In this document: piece after piece, positions 8,385 through 18,786 of the stretch
Layout of the letters: every line of letters begins with the position of its first letter
Position numbering within the stretch: position 1 is the stretch's first letter
NCBI GenBank assembly: GCA_040755755.1
Contig: JBFLZW010000031.1
Coordinates: forward strand, 64,561 to 128,560
Reading direction: 5' to 3'
Source: a bacterium
GTDB taxonomy: Bacteria > SZUA-182 > DTGQ01
DNA length: 64,000 bases
The notes under the pieces: model-generated
Told to the model about the DNA's origin: nothing
Seen by the model: only the letters and a program-made list of their open reading frames with translations
Databases searched by the model: none
Translations under genes and position numbers: made by a program

Positions 8385-11300
8385 TTGAAATCACGAAAAG
8401 CCGCTTACCTTGAAGAGGATCCCCTCTGGTATAAGGATGCGATCATTTATGAGCTCCATGTAAAGACCTTTTACGATAGCAATAATGACGGCATCGGAGA
8501 TTTTCAGGGACTTACCCAGAAACTCGACCATCTGGCAAACCTTGGAATTACGGCTGTCTGGCTTCTCCCCTTTTATCCATCTCCCCTGAAGGATGATGGC
8601 TATGATATAGCCAATTATTTTGAAGTCCATCCTGATTATGGCACGCTGCGGGACTTCAAGGAATTTCTCAAGGAAGCCCATCGGCGGGGAATACGGGTCA
8701 TTACCGAGCTTGTTTTAAACCACACTTCCGATCAGCATGACTGGTTTCAGAAGGCCCGAAGAGCAAAACCCGGCTCCAGATGGAGAAATTATTATGTCTG
8801 GGATTCACCGGAAAAGTATAAAGATGCCAGAATTATCTTTAAAGACTTCGAAACTTCCAACTGGGCCTGGGACCCTGTAGCCAAGGCTTACTACTGGCAT
8901 CGTTTTTACTCCCATCAGCCGGATCTGAATTACAATCATCCGCATGTCCAGAAAAGCATGCTGCGGGTCATCGACTACTGGTTGAATATGGGTGTGGACG
9001 GGATGCGCCTTGATGCCGTTCCCTACCTTTATGAACGGGAGGGAACCAATTGCGAAAATCTGCCGGAAACCTATGAGTATCTGAAGAAACTGAGGTCGCA
9101 TATCGACAGCAAGTTCAGAGGCAGGATGCTTCTGGCCGAGGCCAACCAGTGGCCGGAAGATGCGGTCAACTATTTCGGAAATGGTGACGAGTGTCATATG
9201 GCCTTTCATTTTCCGCTGATGCCCAGGATGTTCATGGCCATCCGGATGGAAAACCGGTATCCAATCATGGAAATCCTCAATCAGACCCCGGCGATCCCTG
9301 ATGTCTGTCAGTGGGCGCTCTTTTTGAGGAATCACGATGAGCTTACCCTCGAAATGGTGACCGACGAGGAGCGGGACTATATGTACAGGATCTACGCCAA
9401 AGACCGCACGGCACGGATTAACCTCGGCATTCGAAGGCGTCTGGCACCGCTCCTTGGCAATGACAGAAAAAAGATAGAATTGATGAATTTTCTGCTCCTT
9501 TCCCTGCCGGGGACCCCGGTTATCTATTACGGGGATGAAATCGGCATGGGAGACAACTACTATCTGGGAGACAGAAACGGCGTCAGGACCCCGATGCAGT
9601 GGAGTGGAGACAGAAATGCCGGTTTCTCGCGGGCCAATCCCCAGAAACTCTACCTGCCGGTGATCATTGATCCTGAATACCATTATGAAGCCGTCAATGT
9701 GGAAAACCAGGACAGAAGCCAGGCTTCCCTGCTATGGTGGATGAAGCATTTTATCGCCATGAGAAACAATTTCAAGGCCTTTGGCCGGGGAACGATCGAA
9801 TTCCTCTTTCCGGAGAATATGAAGGTTCTGGCCTTTATCCGGCAGTACCAGGATGAGAACATCCTGGTGGTCGTGAACCTGTCACGGCACCCGCAGCTCG
9901 TCGAGCTTGACCTGGCAAAGTATGCCGGGTATGTGCCGGTGGAGGCTTTCAGCAAGAATTCATTCATTGTTATTAAAAATCATCCCTACGCCCTGACCCT
10001 TGGATCGTATGGCTACTACCTGTTTCTGCTCCAGAGGCAGGAGGAGGGGGGGGCAGTCCGGACCCCGAGGATCCTGCCGGAAATCAAGGTAAGCTGGAAG
10101 TGGGAGATGGTTTTGGCCGGAAAAGCGGGGGAGGAGCTTGAGCGTGAAGTATTGCCGCTTTTCCTGAAAAGTGCCCGGTGGTTCGGAGGGAAGACCCGTC
10201 TGGTCCAGCAGGTCAAGATAGCCAGGGATATCCAGCTCGGCAAGGGCAGCCAGGTCACGCATCTTTTGTTCCTCGATGTTCAGTACACGGAAGGGGTGTC
10301 CGACCTCTATCTTCTTCCCCTCTCTTTTGCTCAGGCAGATCAGGCGCAAAAGATCCTGGAGGAGTCGCCTCAGGGGGTGGTGGCCAGGCTCGTGGTCGAT
10401 GAGACGAGGGGAATCATCTATGACGGCATCTATAACGAGAAATTCCGCCAGGATCTTCTGATGATGATTGTCAGACGGTATAAAATCCGGGATAAGGAAG
10501 GGGAGGTGGCTGCCTATCCGGGGAAGGACCTTCGGGGTTCCATCAGGGGAATGCAATTACCTTCCGAATCCCAGGTACTGCGGGGTGAGCAGAGCAACTC
10601 GTCGATTATCTACGGGAACAGGTTTTTTCTCAAGCTGTTCAGGCGTCTTGAGGAGGGAATGAACTCGGAGCTCGAAATGCTGTGGTTCCTGACTGAAAAG
10701 CTATCCTGTCCTCATGTGCCGCCGTTTGCAGGAGTGATCGAGTATCGAAAGCCGCATGCCGAATCGACCATTCTGGCCATTCTTCAAGGGCTTGTGCCCA
10801 ATGCAGGGGATGCCTGGAGCTATACTCTCGATGCTCTGGAGAGGTATTTTACCGGTGTCCTCTCGAAGTCAGGCGAGATTCAGGAGGTCCCGAAGGCTCC
10901 AGCTTCGCTCCTTGAGATAGCTTATCAGGAAATCCCTCCGCTCATGCAGGAGCTCATCTCGGGTTATCTTGAAATGATAAGCCTGCTGGGCACAAGAACC
11001 GGAGAGCTTCACCTTGCTCTGGCCTCGGACCCGGAAGATCCGTTTTTTGCGCTGGAACCCTATTCACTCCTTCACCAGAGGGCCATTTATCAGTCACTGC
11101 AAACCGGGGCTCAGCGGACTTTTCATCTTCTGGAAAAGAGCCTTGCACATCTGCCTGAGGATGAAAGGAACCTGGTGCAGGAGATCCTGAGCTTAAAGAA
11201 ACAGGTGGTCAGTCTGTTCAAAGCCATTCTCCAGAAGAAGATCTCCGGCGGGAAGATCAGGATCCACGGGGATTACCATCTGGGCCAGGTGCTCTACACG

Positions 11301-11714
11301 GGAAAGGACTTTGCGATCATCGATTTTGAAGGCGAGCCGGCCCGGTCGTTGAGCGAGCGGCGATTGAAAAGGTCCCCCCTGCGGGATATAGCCGGTATGC
11401 TCAGATCGCTCCACTATGCAGCCTATACCGCTCTCTTGAAAAAAGCGCTGATCAGGGCTGAAGACAGGGTACAGCTTGAGCCCTGGGCTGACCTGTGGTA
11501 CAAATATACGGGGGGTGCTTTCCTGAGATCGTATCTCGATACGGTCAAAGATGCACCCTTTATCCCCCGGGAAAAGAACGAGCTGCAGATCATGCTCAAT
11601 GCCTTTCTCCTCGATAAGGCAATTTACGAGGTCAGATATGAATTGAACAACCGGCCAGAATGGCTGGCCATTCCCTTGCGGGGGATAAAACACCTGCTGG
11701 AGGAAAACAAGTAG
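8385..11714 (+). CDS. treS: trehalose synthase fused to maltokinase (TreS-Mak/Pep2)
   Basis: TTG start with a GAGGAAGGG RBS. N-terminal GH13 TreS (DPLWYKDAIIYELHVKTF, LVLNHTSDQH) and a C-terminal ~450 aa maltokinase-like domain. Total 1109 aa. Confidence 0.85.
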   Translation: MKSRKAAYLEEDPLWYKDAIIYELHVKTFYDSNNDGIGDFQGLTQKLDHLANLGITAVWLLPFYPSPLKDDGYDIANYFEVHPDYGTLRDFKEFLKEAHRRGIRVITELVLNHTSDQHDWFQKARRAKPGSRWRNYYVWDSPEKYKDARIIFKDFETSNWAWDPVAKAYYWHRFYSHQPDLNYNHPHVQKSMLRVIDYWLNMGVDGMRLDAVPYLYEREGTNCENLPETYEYLKKLRSHIDSKFRGRMLLAEANQWPEDAVNYFGNGDECHMAFHFPLMPRMFMAIRMENRYPIMEILNQTPAIPDVCQWALFLRNHDELTLEMVTDEERDYMYRIYAKDRTARINLGIRRRLAPLLGNDRKKIELMNFLLLSLPGTPVIYYGDEIGMGDNYYLGDRNGVRTPMQWSGDRNAGFSRANPQKLYLPVIIDPEYHYEAVNVENQDRSQASLLWWMKHFIAMRNNFKAFGRGTIEFLFPENMKVLAFIRQYQDENILVVVNLSRHPQLVELDLAKYAGYVPVEAFSKNSFIVIKNHPYALTLGSYGYYLFLLQRQEEGGAVRTPRILPEIKVSWKWEMVLAGKAGEELEREVLPLFLKSARWFGGKTRLVQQVKIARDIQLGKGSQVTHLLFLDVQYTEGVSDLYLLPLSFAQADQAQKILEESPQGVVARLVVDETRGIIYDGIYNEKFRQDLLMMIVRRYKIRDKEGEVAAYPGKDLRGSIRGMQLPSESQVLRGEQSNSSIIYGNRFFLKLFRRLEEGMNSELEMLWFLTEKLSCPHVPPFAGVIEYRKPHAESTILAILQGLVPNAGDAWSYTLDALERYFTGVLSKSGEIQEVPKAPASLLEIAYQEIPPLMQELISGYLEMISLLGTRTGELHLALASDPEDPFFALEPYSLLHQRAIYQSLQTGAQRTFHLLEKSLAHLPEDERNLVQEILSLKKQVVSLFKAILQKKISGGKIRIHGDYHLGQVLYTGKDFAIIDFEGEPARSLSERRLKRSPLRDIAGMLRSLHYAAYTALLKKALIRAEDRVQLEPWADLWYKYTGGAFLRSYLDTVKDAPFIPREKNELQIMLNAFLLDKAIYEVRYELNNRPEWLAIPLRGIKHLLEENK

Positions 11715-11748
11715 CGGGGAGAAAAAATGAGAAAGGAGAGAGAGGGCG

Positions 11749-13671
11749 ATGGATATCGGGAGCCTTTTGACTGAGAATGATATTTACCTGTTCAGGGAAG
11801 GGAGCCACTTTCGGCTCTATGATAAGCTCGGCTCTCATCTGGTAACCGTTGACGGAGTCAGCGGAGCGTACTTTGCGGTCTGGGCTCCGAATGCCGAGGG
11901 GGTTACGGTGATGGGAAAATTTAATGGCTGGAACCCGGATTCCCATTCTCTGGCCTTGAGAATGGATGGCTCAGGGATCTGGGAGGGCTTTATTCCCGGT
12001 ATCGCTCATGGTGCTCCGTACAAGTATCATATCAGATCACGCTATCGGCATTACCGGGTCGATAAAGGAGACCCTTATGCCTTCCGCTGGGAGCCTGCGC
12101 CGGAAACAGCCTCGGTGGTCTGGGACCTCAAGTATGCATGGGGAGATGGCGAGTGGATGAAAAACCGCGCCGGGGCCAATGCCTTCAATGCACCCATGTC
12201 TATCTACGAGGTGCATCTTGGATCGTGGAGACGGGTTCCGGAAGAGGACGGGCGGTTTCTTACCTACCGGGAAATGGCTGAAAGCCTGGCTGATTACGTC
12301 GAGAAGATGGGTTTTACCCATGTCGAGTTTCTGCCGGTCATGGAGCATCCCTTCTATGGTTCCTGGGGATATCAGATCGTGGGCTTCTTTGCTCCGAGCA
12401 GCAGGTTCGGCACTCCGCAGGACTTCATGGCGATGGTCGATTACCTCCATCAGCGGGGGATAGGAGTTATCCTTGACTGGGTGCCTTCGCATTTTCCCGA
12501 TAATATCCAGGGGCTGGTCTTCTTTGACGGCACTCACCTGTACGAGCATGCAGACCCACGGAAAGGATTTCATCCCGAATGGAAGAGCTATATCTTTAAC
12601 TATGGCCGCCAGGAAGTCAGGGCATTCCTGATCAGTGCCGCACTCTTCTGGTTTGACAAGTATCATATCGACGGTCTCAGGGTGGATGCCGTAGCCTCCA
12701 TGCTCTACCTGGACTATGCGCGCAAATGGGGTGAATGGATCCCGAACGAATTCGGCGGCAAGGAGAATATCGAGGCCATCAGCTTCATCAAACGGCTGAA
12801 CGAGGCCATATACAGCGCATACCCCGATGTTCAGACCATTGCCGAAGAGTCGACCGCCTGGCCCATGGTTTCCCGTCCGACCTATATCGGCGGTCTGGGA
12901 TTTGGTCTGAAGTGGAATATGGGCTGGATGCACGATACCCTGTCCTACTTTTCCAAGGACGCCGTTTACCGCAAGTACCATCAGGGCCAGCTCACGTTCA
13001 GTATCTGGTACGCCTTCTGGGAAAATTTCGTGCTTCCTCTCTCCCACGATGAGGTGGTATACGGGAAAGGCTCGCTGATCGGGAAAATGCCGGGGGACGA
13101 CTGGCAGAAATTCGCCAACCTGCGGCTGTTATTCGGATATATGTATGGTCATCCGGGCAAGAAGCTTCTGTTCATGGGGGGAGAGTTTGCCCAGTGGCGG
13201 GAGTGGAACCACGATCTCAGCCTTGACTGGCACCTCCTCGAATATTTCCCTCATCAGGGAGTGCAAAAGTGGGTCGCGGACTTAAACCGCATGTATGCCA
13301 CTGAACCGGCCCTTCACGAGCTGGACTTTTCCAGTGAAGGATTCGAATGGGTGGATTTTCACGATGCCGAATCGAGCGTCATCAGCTTCATCAGAAAAGG
13401 GAAAACCACCGGCGACCTGATCATGGCAGTCTGCAATTTCACCCCCGTGCCCCGGGAAAACTACCGGCTGGGAGTGCCGTGGAGCGGCATCTGGAAAGAG
13501 ATCCTGAACAGCGATGCCAGGGTCTATGGCGGAAGCGGCCACGGAAACTTTGGCCAGGTTGAGGCCACACCGCTTCCTGCACACGGAAAAAGCTGCTCCC
13601 TATCCCTGCTCCTGCCTCCCCTGGGCATTATTTTCCTCAAGGGTGAGGAGAGTGAGAAATTTCAGTTGTAA
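11749..13671 (+). CDS. glgB: 1,4-alpha-glucan branching enzyme
   Basis: CBM48 N-terminus ([17 protein letters not shown]) plus GH13 core. 640 aa. It immediately follows treS. Confidence 0.9.
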   Translation: MDIGSLLTENDIYLFREGSHFRLYDKLGSHLVTVDGVSGAYFAVWAPNAEGVTVMGKFNGWNPDSHSLALRMDGSGIWEGFIPGIAHGAPYKYHIRSRYRHYRVDKGDPYAFRWEPAPETASVVWDLKYAWGDGEWMKNRAGANAFNAPMSIYEVHLGSWRRVPEEDGRFLTYREMAESLADYVEKMGFTHVEFLPVMEHPFYGSWGYQIVGFFAPSSRFGTPQDFMAMVDYLHQRGIGVILDWVPSHFPDNIQGLVFFDGTHLYEHADPRKGFHPEWKSYIFNYGRQEVRAFLISAALFWFDKYHIDGLRVDAVASMLYLDYARKWGEWIPNEFGGKENIEAISFIKRLNEAIYSAYPDVQTIAEESTAWPMVSRPTYIGGLGFGLKWNMGWMHDTLSYFSKDAVYRKYHQGQLTFSIWYAFWENFVLPLSHDEVVYGKGSLIGKMPGDDWQKFANLRLLFGYMYGHPGKKLLFMGGEFAQWREWNHDLSLDWHLLEYFPHQGVQKWVADLNRMYATEPALHELDFSSEGFEWVDFHDAESSVISFIRKGKTTGDLIMAVCNFTPVPRENYRLGVPWSGIWKEILNSDARVYGGSGHGNFGQVEATPLPAHGKSCSLSLLLPPLGIIFLKGEESEKFQL

Positions 13672-13738
13672 AATGTAGGGGGGCTCTTCGCCCCACCAAA
13701 CGCCACGCCGTCTACAGTATAGATCAGAGAGGGTAGTA

Positions 13739-14060
13739 AATTGAAAACCAGGGAATATATTGCCGAGGTCATGTTGGACGGCCATCTTTCTTTACCTGAA
13801 AAGGTAATTCAAGATCCAGGTCTTCAACCACATACCAAGGTCAGGGTAACCATTGAAAAAGCCGAATCAGAAGCACATGGAATATATTGCTTGATATAGA
13901 CCTTTCTCAAATTGTTTCTATTGATAAGCAATTGGAAGAGCAAGCCGTTGATCTCTTTTGGAAGTATCAGGATAAAAGGTGGGGAATCGTGGATTGCTCT
14001 TCAATTTAGTGATGGAGATGGCAAACTGTTCGCTCTCATTTGGCTATGACCATCATTATT
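13739..14060 (+). pseudogene. degraded toxin-antitoxin remnant (small antitoxin-like ORF plus frameshifted PIN-domain C-terminal fragment)
   Basis: A TTG-initiated 53-aa ORF (LKTREYIAEVMLDGHLSLPEKV...) is followed by fragments such as ...WKYQDKRWGIVDCSS..., which resemble a VapC C-terminus broken by stop codons. Confidence 0.35.
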
Positions 14061-14170
14061 GTAGAGGCCGCAAGGCAGTTTGGTTTTGCTTTACTCGACA
14101 GTTAATTTTGATTGTGGATTAAACTTTAACATCCCCTTTAAAGTCAGTTGGGATTTATGGTGATTTCCAG

Positions 14171-14872
14171 ATGTACTATCAGGATATTCACCCCTGGGAG
14201 GTCAGCTATCAGGAGGCACTGGAGATTCAGCGAAAGCTCAGCCGTATGGTTGAGACCGGGCCGCTCAGCCAGCCGGTGACCTTGGTCGCCGGGGCCGATA
14301 TCTCTTACTCGAAGATGGATGAGCGCCTGTTTGCCGCAGTTGTGGCCTTTACCTTTCCGGACCTTGAAATCGTGGAACAGGCCAAGGCCGAAGGGCGGGC
14401 CACCTTTCCCTATATTCCGGGATTGCTCAGCTTTCGCGAAGCACCGACACTGCTGACAGCTTTTGCCCGGCTCCGGCATGAGCCCGATGTCATTCTTGTT
14501 GACGGCCAGGGTATTGCTCACCCGCGACGGCTGGGTATTGCCTCTCACCTTGGGATACTCCTTGACCGCCCGACCATAGGCTGTGCCAAAACCCGGCTGA
14601 GCGGAAACTATGTCGAACCCGGAGAGCACAAAGGAGAGAAATCCCCCTTGCAGCATGGCAGGGAAACAATCGGCATGGTGCTCAGAACCCGCACCAGGAC
14701 CAGGCCTCTCTTCATCTCGGTTGGCCATAAAATCGATCTTGAGACAGCAGTGTCGATTGTTTTGGCCTGCACCCGCACCTTCCGGCTTCCTGAACCCACC
14801 CGGCAGGCCCACCTGCTTGCCAATCGTCTCCGAAGGGAATTTTCTCCTGCCCATCGATTACCCGGTGAATGA
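14171..14872 (+). CDS. nfi: endonuclease V (deoxyinosine 3' endonuclease)
   Basis: Conserved YIPGLLSFRE and DGQGIAHPRRLGIASHLG motifs. 233 aa. Confidence 0.85.
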   Translation: MYYQDIHPWEVSYQEALEIQRKLSRMVETGPLSQPVTLVAGADISYSKMDERLFAAVVAFTFPDLEIVEQAKAEGRATFPYIPGLLSFREAPTLLTAFARLRHEPDVILVDGQGIAHPRRLGIASHLGILLDRPTIGCAKTRLSGNYVEPGEHKGEKSPLQHGRETIGMVLRTRTRTRPLFISVGHKIDLETAVSIVLACTRTFRLPEPTRQAHLLANRLRREFSPAHRLPGE

Positions 14873-15065
14873 TATCTTTATCCTGATCAGGCAAAAGATA
14901 AATCCTTATTAGACCGTGCTGTATTGCCTGATCACTTCTCCTTGCAGCTAATCGCCGCTCCTTGCAGTTTATCTCTGCCTTTGAATATGATCAATTTTCG
15001 CCGGGTTGTACTGGCCATTCCCGAAAAATTCTCATGAGCTCCATCACTATTAGAGATATTATACC

Positions 15066-15095
15066 TTGACTTTTTAAGACCTTATCTATAAGATA
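15066..15095 (+). promoter_or_regulatory. candidate sigma-70 promoter for galU
   Basis: TTGACT, then a 15-17 bp spacer, then TATAAGAT, about 80 bp upstream of ATG 15172. Confidence 0.3.
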
Positions 15096-15171
15096 GCATA
15101 AATCAGGTAGTGGAGTGCCATCTTTCATTTCGTGATGTATTGTGAAACTCTGAGTAAAGGAGTGTTACCGA

Positions 15172-16107
15172 ATGAACGAGTGCTCAAATATCAAAAAGGC
15201 GATATTCCCCGCCGCAGGTCTTGGAACCAGGTTTCTTCCAGCCACCAAATCCTCTCCAAAAGAAATGCTGCCTCTGGTTGATAAGCCGATGATTCAATAC
15301 GTAGTTGAGGAGGCGGTTGCCTCCGGCATCGAGGATATTACTATTGTCACCGGTCGAGGGAAACGGGCGATCGAGGATTTTTTTGATATTTCCTTTGAGC
15401 TGGAATATGAGCTGCGCAAAAGGGGCAAGGCCGAAATTCTGGAACAGATGCAAATGATATCCCATATGGCAAAAATTTCCTATATCCGGCAGAAAGAGCC
15501 ACTCGGTCTTGGCCATGCCATCCTGGTGCCACGGGATCTTGTCGGAAATCAGGCATTCGCCGTCCTTCTCGGAGACGACATTATCGATGCCGATGTTCCC
15601 TGTCTCAAGCAATTGATCGAAGTTTATAACCGATACAAATGCTCGGTCATCGCCGTGCAAAGAGTACATGACGATATCTCACAGTATGGCGTTATCAAGC
15701 CGAGACATCTGGAAAACAACGTTTATCAGGTTTTAGACCTGGTTGAAAAGCCATCACCGAGTGAGGCCCCTTCCGATCTGGCTATCATTGGCCGATACAT
15801 TTTAACTCCCGAGATATTCGACGTTCTCGAAAGGATAGGAATGGATAAGACCGGCGAAATTCAACTGACCAACGGTTTGCGCGAATTAAGCAAACGCCAG
15901 GCCATCTATGCCTGTGAATTTCAAGGGAAGCGCTACGACGCCGGAAGCAAGCTTGGCTTTCTCCAGGCCACAGTTGAATTTGCCCTGAAATGCCCTGGTC
16001 TGGGCGAAGAGTTCGCTCAGTATCTGGCAAGCCGAAACCTGGCGGATTTACTCGCTGAAAAAAAGACCTCTCAGGTTCCTCACAAAGCGAGTGACCATAT
16101 CCAATGA
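15172..16107 (+). CDS. galU: UTP--glucose-1-phosphate uridylyltransferase
   Basis: N-terminal KAIFPAAGLGTRFLPATK..PKEMLP motif. 311 aa. Confidence 0.9.
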   Translation: MNECSNIKKAIFPAAGLGTRFLPATKSSPKEMLPLVDKPMIQYVVEEAVASGIEDITIVTGRGKRAIEDFFDISFELEYELRKRGKAEILEQMQMISHMAKISYIRQKEPLGLGHAILVPRDLVGNQAFAVLLGDDIIDADVPCLKQLIEVYNRYKCSVIAVQRVHDDISQYGVIKPRHLENNVYQVLDLVEKPSPSEAPSDLAIIGRYILTPEIFDVLERIGMDKTGEIQLTNGLRELSKRQAIYACEFQGKRYDAGSKLGFLQATVEFALKCPGLGEEFAQYLASRNLADLLAEKKTSQVPHKASDHIQ

Positions 16108-16384
16108 TAAGTCTTGAGCGATCATCTGCCACGAGGCAGTAAAGCCAGATATGCCGGCTGCTTGCCGGTGTAATATTGGGGTAAACAGGATTGATACTCT
16201 GACATGGGGAGAAGGAATGGTTTTGCCGATAACACTTATGAGCACTGTTAAGCTCAATCGGAACCGTTCTTTCACCAACATCATCCAATTCCAATGTCGT
16301 CGGATAACTGTATGTTCAGCAGGCATTACTTCAGGGTGACCCGTTAATCGAAGGGATCGTGAAATCTAGTAAGGAGGATATGCT

Positions 16385-18757
16385 GTGGCCGAGGGTGATA
16401 CCAAAAAGAACGTGCTTTTGGATAATATACCATGCTGTTTGCCACTTTTGCCGGTTAGAGATATCGTTGTTTACCCCTATATGATTCTGCCTCTCTTCGT
16501 AGGGAGAGAAAAATCCATCAAAGCTGTCGAGCAGGCCGTTGCCGAGTACGATCGCAAAATCTTCCTTGTCGCTCAGAAAGACTCGAAAGTCGAAGACCCC
16601 AGTCCCGAGGAAATATTCCGGTTCGGAACGGTCGGCAACATCATGAAACTCCTGAAACTACCTGACGGCAGGCTGAAAATCCTGATTCACGGCCTGATAC
16701 GGGCTGAGCTGAAAAAGTACAAGGAAGACAAAAACTGCTTCATTGCCAAAATAAAGAAGATCATCGAGAAGGAGAATACCGAGCATACTCTCGAAGTTGA
16801 AGCCCTGATGCGGAATGTAAAATCGCAGATGGAAAAAAGCCTCTCGCTCGGAAAAGCTCTGCTGCCGGATGTCGTGGTTATCGCCAGCAACATCGATGAT
16901 CCCGGCAAGCTGGCTGACCTGATCGTATCCAACCTGGTTCTGAAGACCGATGAAACCCAGAGTGTTCTTGAGATCATCGATCCTGTCCAGCGGCTCAAAA
17001 GAGTCAATGAGCTTTTGTCGAAGGAGCTGGAAGTTCTGGCCATGCAAAAAAAGATCCAGTCCCAGGCCAAAGAGGAGATGGACAAGGATCACCGGGAGTA
17101 TTACCTTCGCCAGCAGTTGAAAGCCATCCAGCACGAGCTGGGCCAGGTGGATGAGCGCACCGAAGAAATCAATGACCTGAAATCCAAGATAGAGAAGGCC
17201 AACCTGCCGGATGAGGCCAGGAACGAGGCCGAGAAGCAATTGTCCCGCCTGGCCAAGATGCACCCTGAAGCCGCGGAATCCGGTATGGTCCGGTCCTATC
17301 TGGAATGGCTGGTCGAGCTTCCGTGGAGCATATCAACCGAGGATAATCTCGACATTGCCCAGGCTTCCAGGGTGCTTAACGAGGATCATTATGACCTGGA
17401 AAAGGTCAAGGAAAGAATCCTTGAATACCTGAGCGTCAGAAAGCTCAAGAAAAATAAAATGAAAGGGCCTATTCTCTGCTTTGTCGGCCCTCCGGGAGTT
17501 GGGAAAACCTCCCTGGGAAAATCCATTGCCCGCTCTCTGGGAAGAAAATTCGTGCGCATCTCCCTTGGCGGTGTCCGGGACGAAGCGGAAATCCGGGGCC
17601 ATCGCCGGACCTATATCGGCTCCCTGCCGGGCCGGATTATTCAGGGAATCAGACAGGCGGGCTCCAACAATCCGATTTTCATGATGGATGAAGTAGATAA
17701 AATCGGTGCTGATTTTCGCGGGGACCCTTCGGCAGCCCTGCTGGAGGTTCTGGACCCTGAGCAAAATTCAGCCTTCACCGACCATTACCTGGGGATACCC
17801 TTCGATTTGAGCAATGTCATGTTTATCGCTACCGCCAACCTCCTCGATCCAATTCTGCCGGCCTTCCGGGACCGGATGGAGATCATCCATCTGTCCGGCT
17901 ACACCGAGATAGAAAAAATGAAAATCGCCAGACGATACCTGATTCCCAAGCAGCTGGAGGAGAATGGAATTACCGATAAAGACCTCTCTATCTCGGATCA
18001 GGCCACCCTGAAAATTATTAATGAGTATACGCGGGAGGCGGGATTGCGAAATCTGGAGCGGGAAATCGCCACCATCTGCCGCAAATGTGCAAAACGCAAA
18101 GCCGAAGGATCAACTGGCAAGATGAGTGTCGTGCCGAGAAACGTCCACCATTTCCTCGGCATCCCCTCCTATCAGAGGGAGCTGGAGTATAAATCGGACG
18201 AAGTTGGTGTCGCTACCGGATTGGCATGGACCGAGTCCGGAGGAGATATTATTCATATCGAAGCTACCACCATGAGAGGCAAAGGAGCTTTGATCCTGAC
18301 CGGACATCTGGGAGATATCATGAAAGAATCCGCTCAGGCAGCCCTGAGCTTTGCACGTTCCGAAGCCGAGCACCTGGGTATTGACGGAAACTTCAATGCT
18401 GAAAAAGATATCCATATCCATATCCCGGCAGGTGCCATTCCCAAGGATGGCCCTTCGGCTGGAGTAACCATGGCTACCTCGCTGGTTTCGCTCTTCACTA
18501 ATAAACCGGTCCGCAAGGATGTGGCCATGACTGGCGAAATCACCCTGCGAGGTCATGTCCTGCCGGTTGGAGGGCTGAAGCAGAAGGTTCTGGCTGCCAA
18601 GCGAATGGGCATTAACAATATCATTGTCCCCGCACGGAATAAAAAAGATATCCAGGATATTCCGAAACAGGTACGTCAGAATATCCATTTTACCTTTGCG
18701 GAAAATATGGAAGATATTCTGAATGTTGCCCTGAAGAATACGAATGGAAATTCGTAA
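16385..18757 (+). CDS. lon: ATP-dependent Lon protease
   Basis: GTG start after an AAGGAGG RBS. LON N-terminal domain, AAA+ module (GPPGVGKTS) and proteolytic domain (PKDGPSAG with catalytic Ser). 790 aa. Confidence 0.95.
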   Translation: MAEGDTKKNVLLDNIPCCLPLLPVRDIVVYPYMILPLFVGREKSIKAVEQAVAEYDRKIFLVAQKDSKVEDPSPEEIFRFGTVGNIMKLLKLPDGRLKILIHGLIRAELKKYKEDKNCFIAKIKKIIEKENTEHTLEVEALMRNVKSQMEKSLSLGKALLPDVVVIASNIDDPGKLADLIVSNLVLKTDETQSVLEIIDPVQRLKRVNELLSKELEVLAMQKKIQSQAKEEMDKDHREYYLRQQLKAIQHELGQVDERTEEINDLKSKIEKANLPDEARNEAEKQLSRLAKMHPEAAESGMVRSYLEWLVELPWSISTEDNLDIAQASRVLNEDHYDLEKVKERILEYLSVRKLKKNKMKGPILCFVGPPGVGKTSLGKSIARSLGRKFVRISLGGVRDEAEIRGHRRTYIGSLPGRIIQGIRQAGSNNPIFMMDEVDKIGADFRGDPSAALLEVLDPEQNSAFTDHYLGIPFDLSNVMFIATANLLDPILPAFRDRMEIIHLSGYTEIEKMKIARRYLIPKQLEENGITDKDLSISDQATLKIINEYTREAGLRNLEREIATICRKCAKRKAEGSTGKMSVVPRNVHHFLGIPSYQRELEYKSDEVGVATGLAWTESGGDIIHIEATTMRGKGALILTGHLGDIMKESAQAALSFARSEAEHLGIDGNFNAEKDIHIHIPAGAIPKDGPSAGVTMATSLVSLFTNKPVRKDVAMTGEITLRGHVLPVGGLKQKVLAAKRMGINNIIVPARNKKDIQDIPKQVRQNIHFTFAENMEDILNVALKNTNGNS

Positions 18758-18786
18758 TTGGTGACTTCTCACTCTAAGGAGAACAG

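Noticed and set aside
12037-13047. 336-aa minus-strand ORF inside glgB
   Set aside because: It is antisense to a clearly conserved GH13 branching enzyme and has no motifs.
14144-14854. 236-aa minus-strand ORF opposite nfi
   Set aside because: The plus-strand product has the conserved endonuclease V motifs. The minus-strand product is low-complexity Gly/Pro/Arg-rich.
16108-16384. Heat-shock (sigma-32 or CIRCE) promoter upstream of lon
   Set aside because: I looked for CTTGAAA...CCCCAT-like or CIRCE-like motifs and found none convincing. Only a generic RBS is evident.
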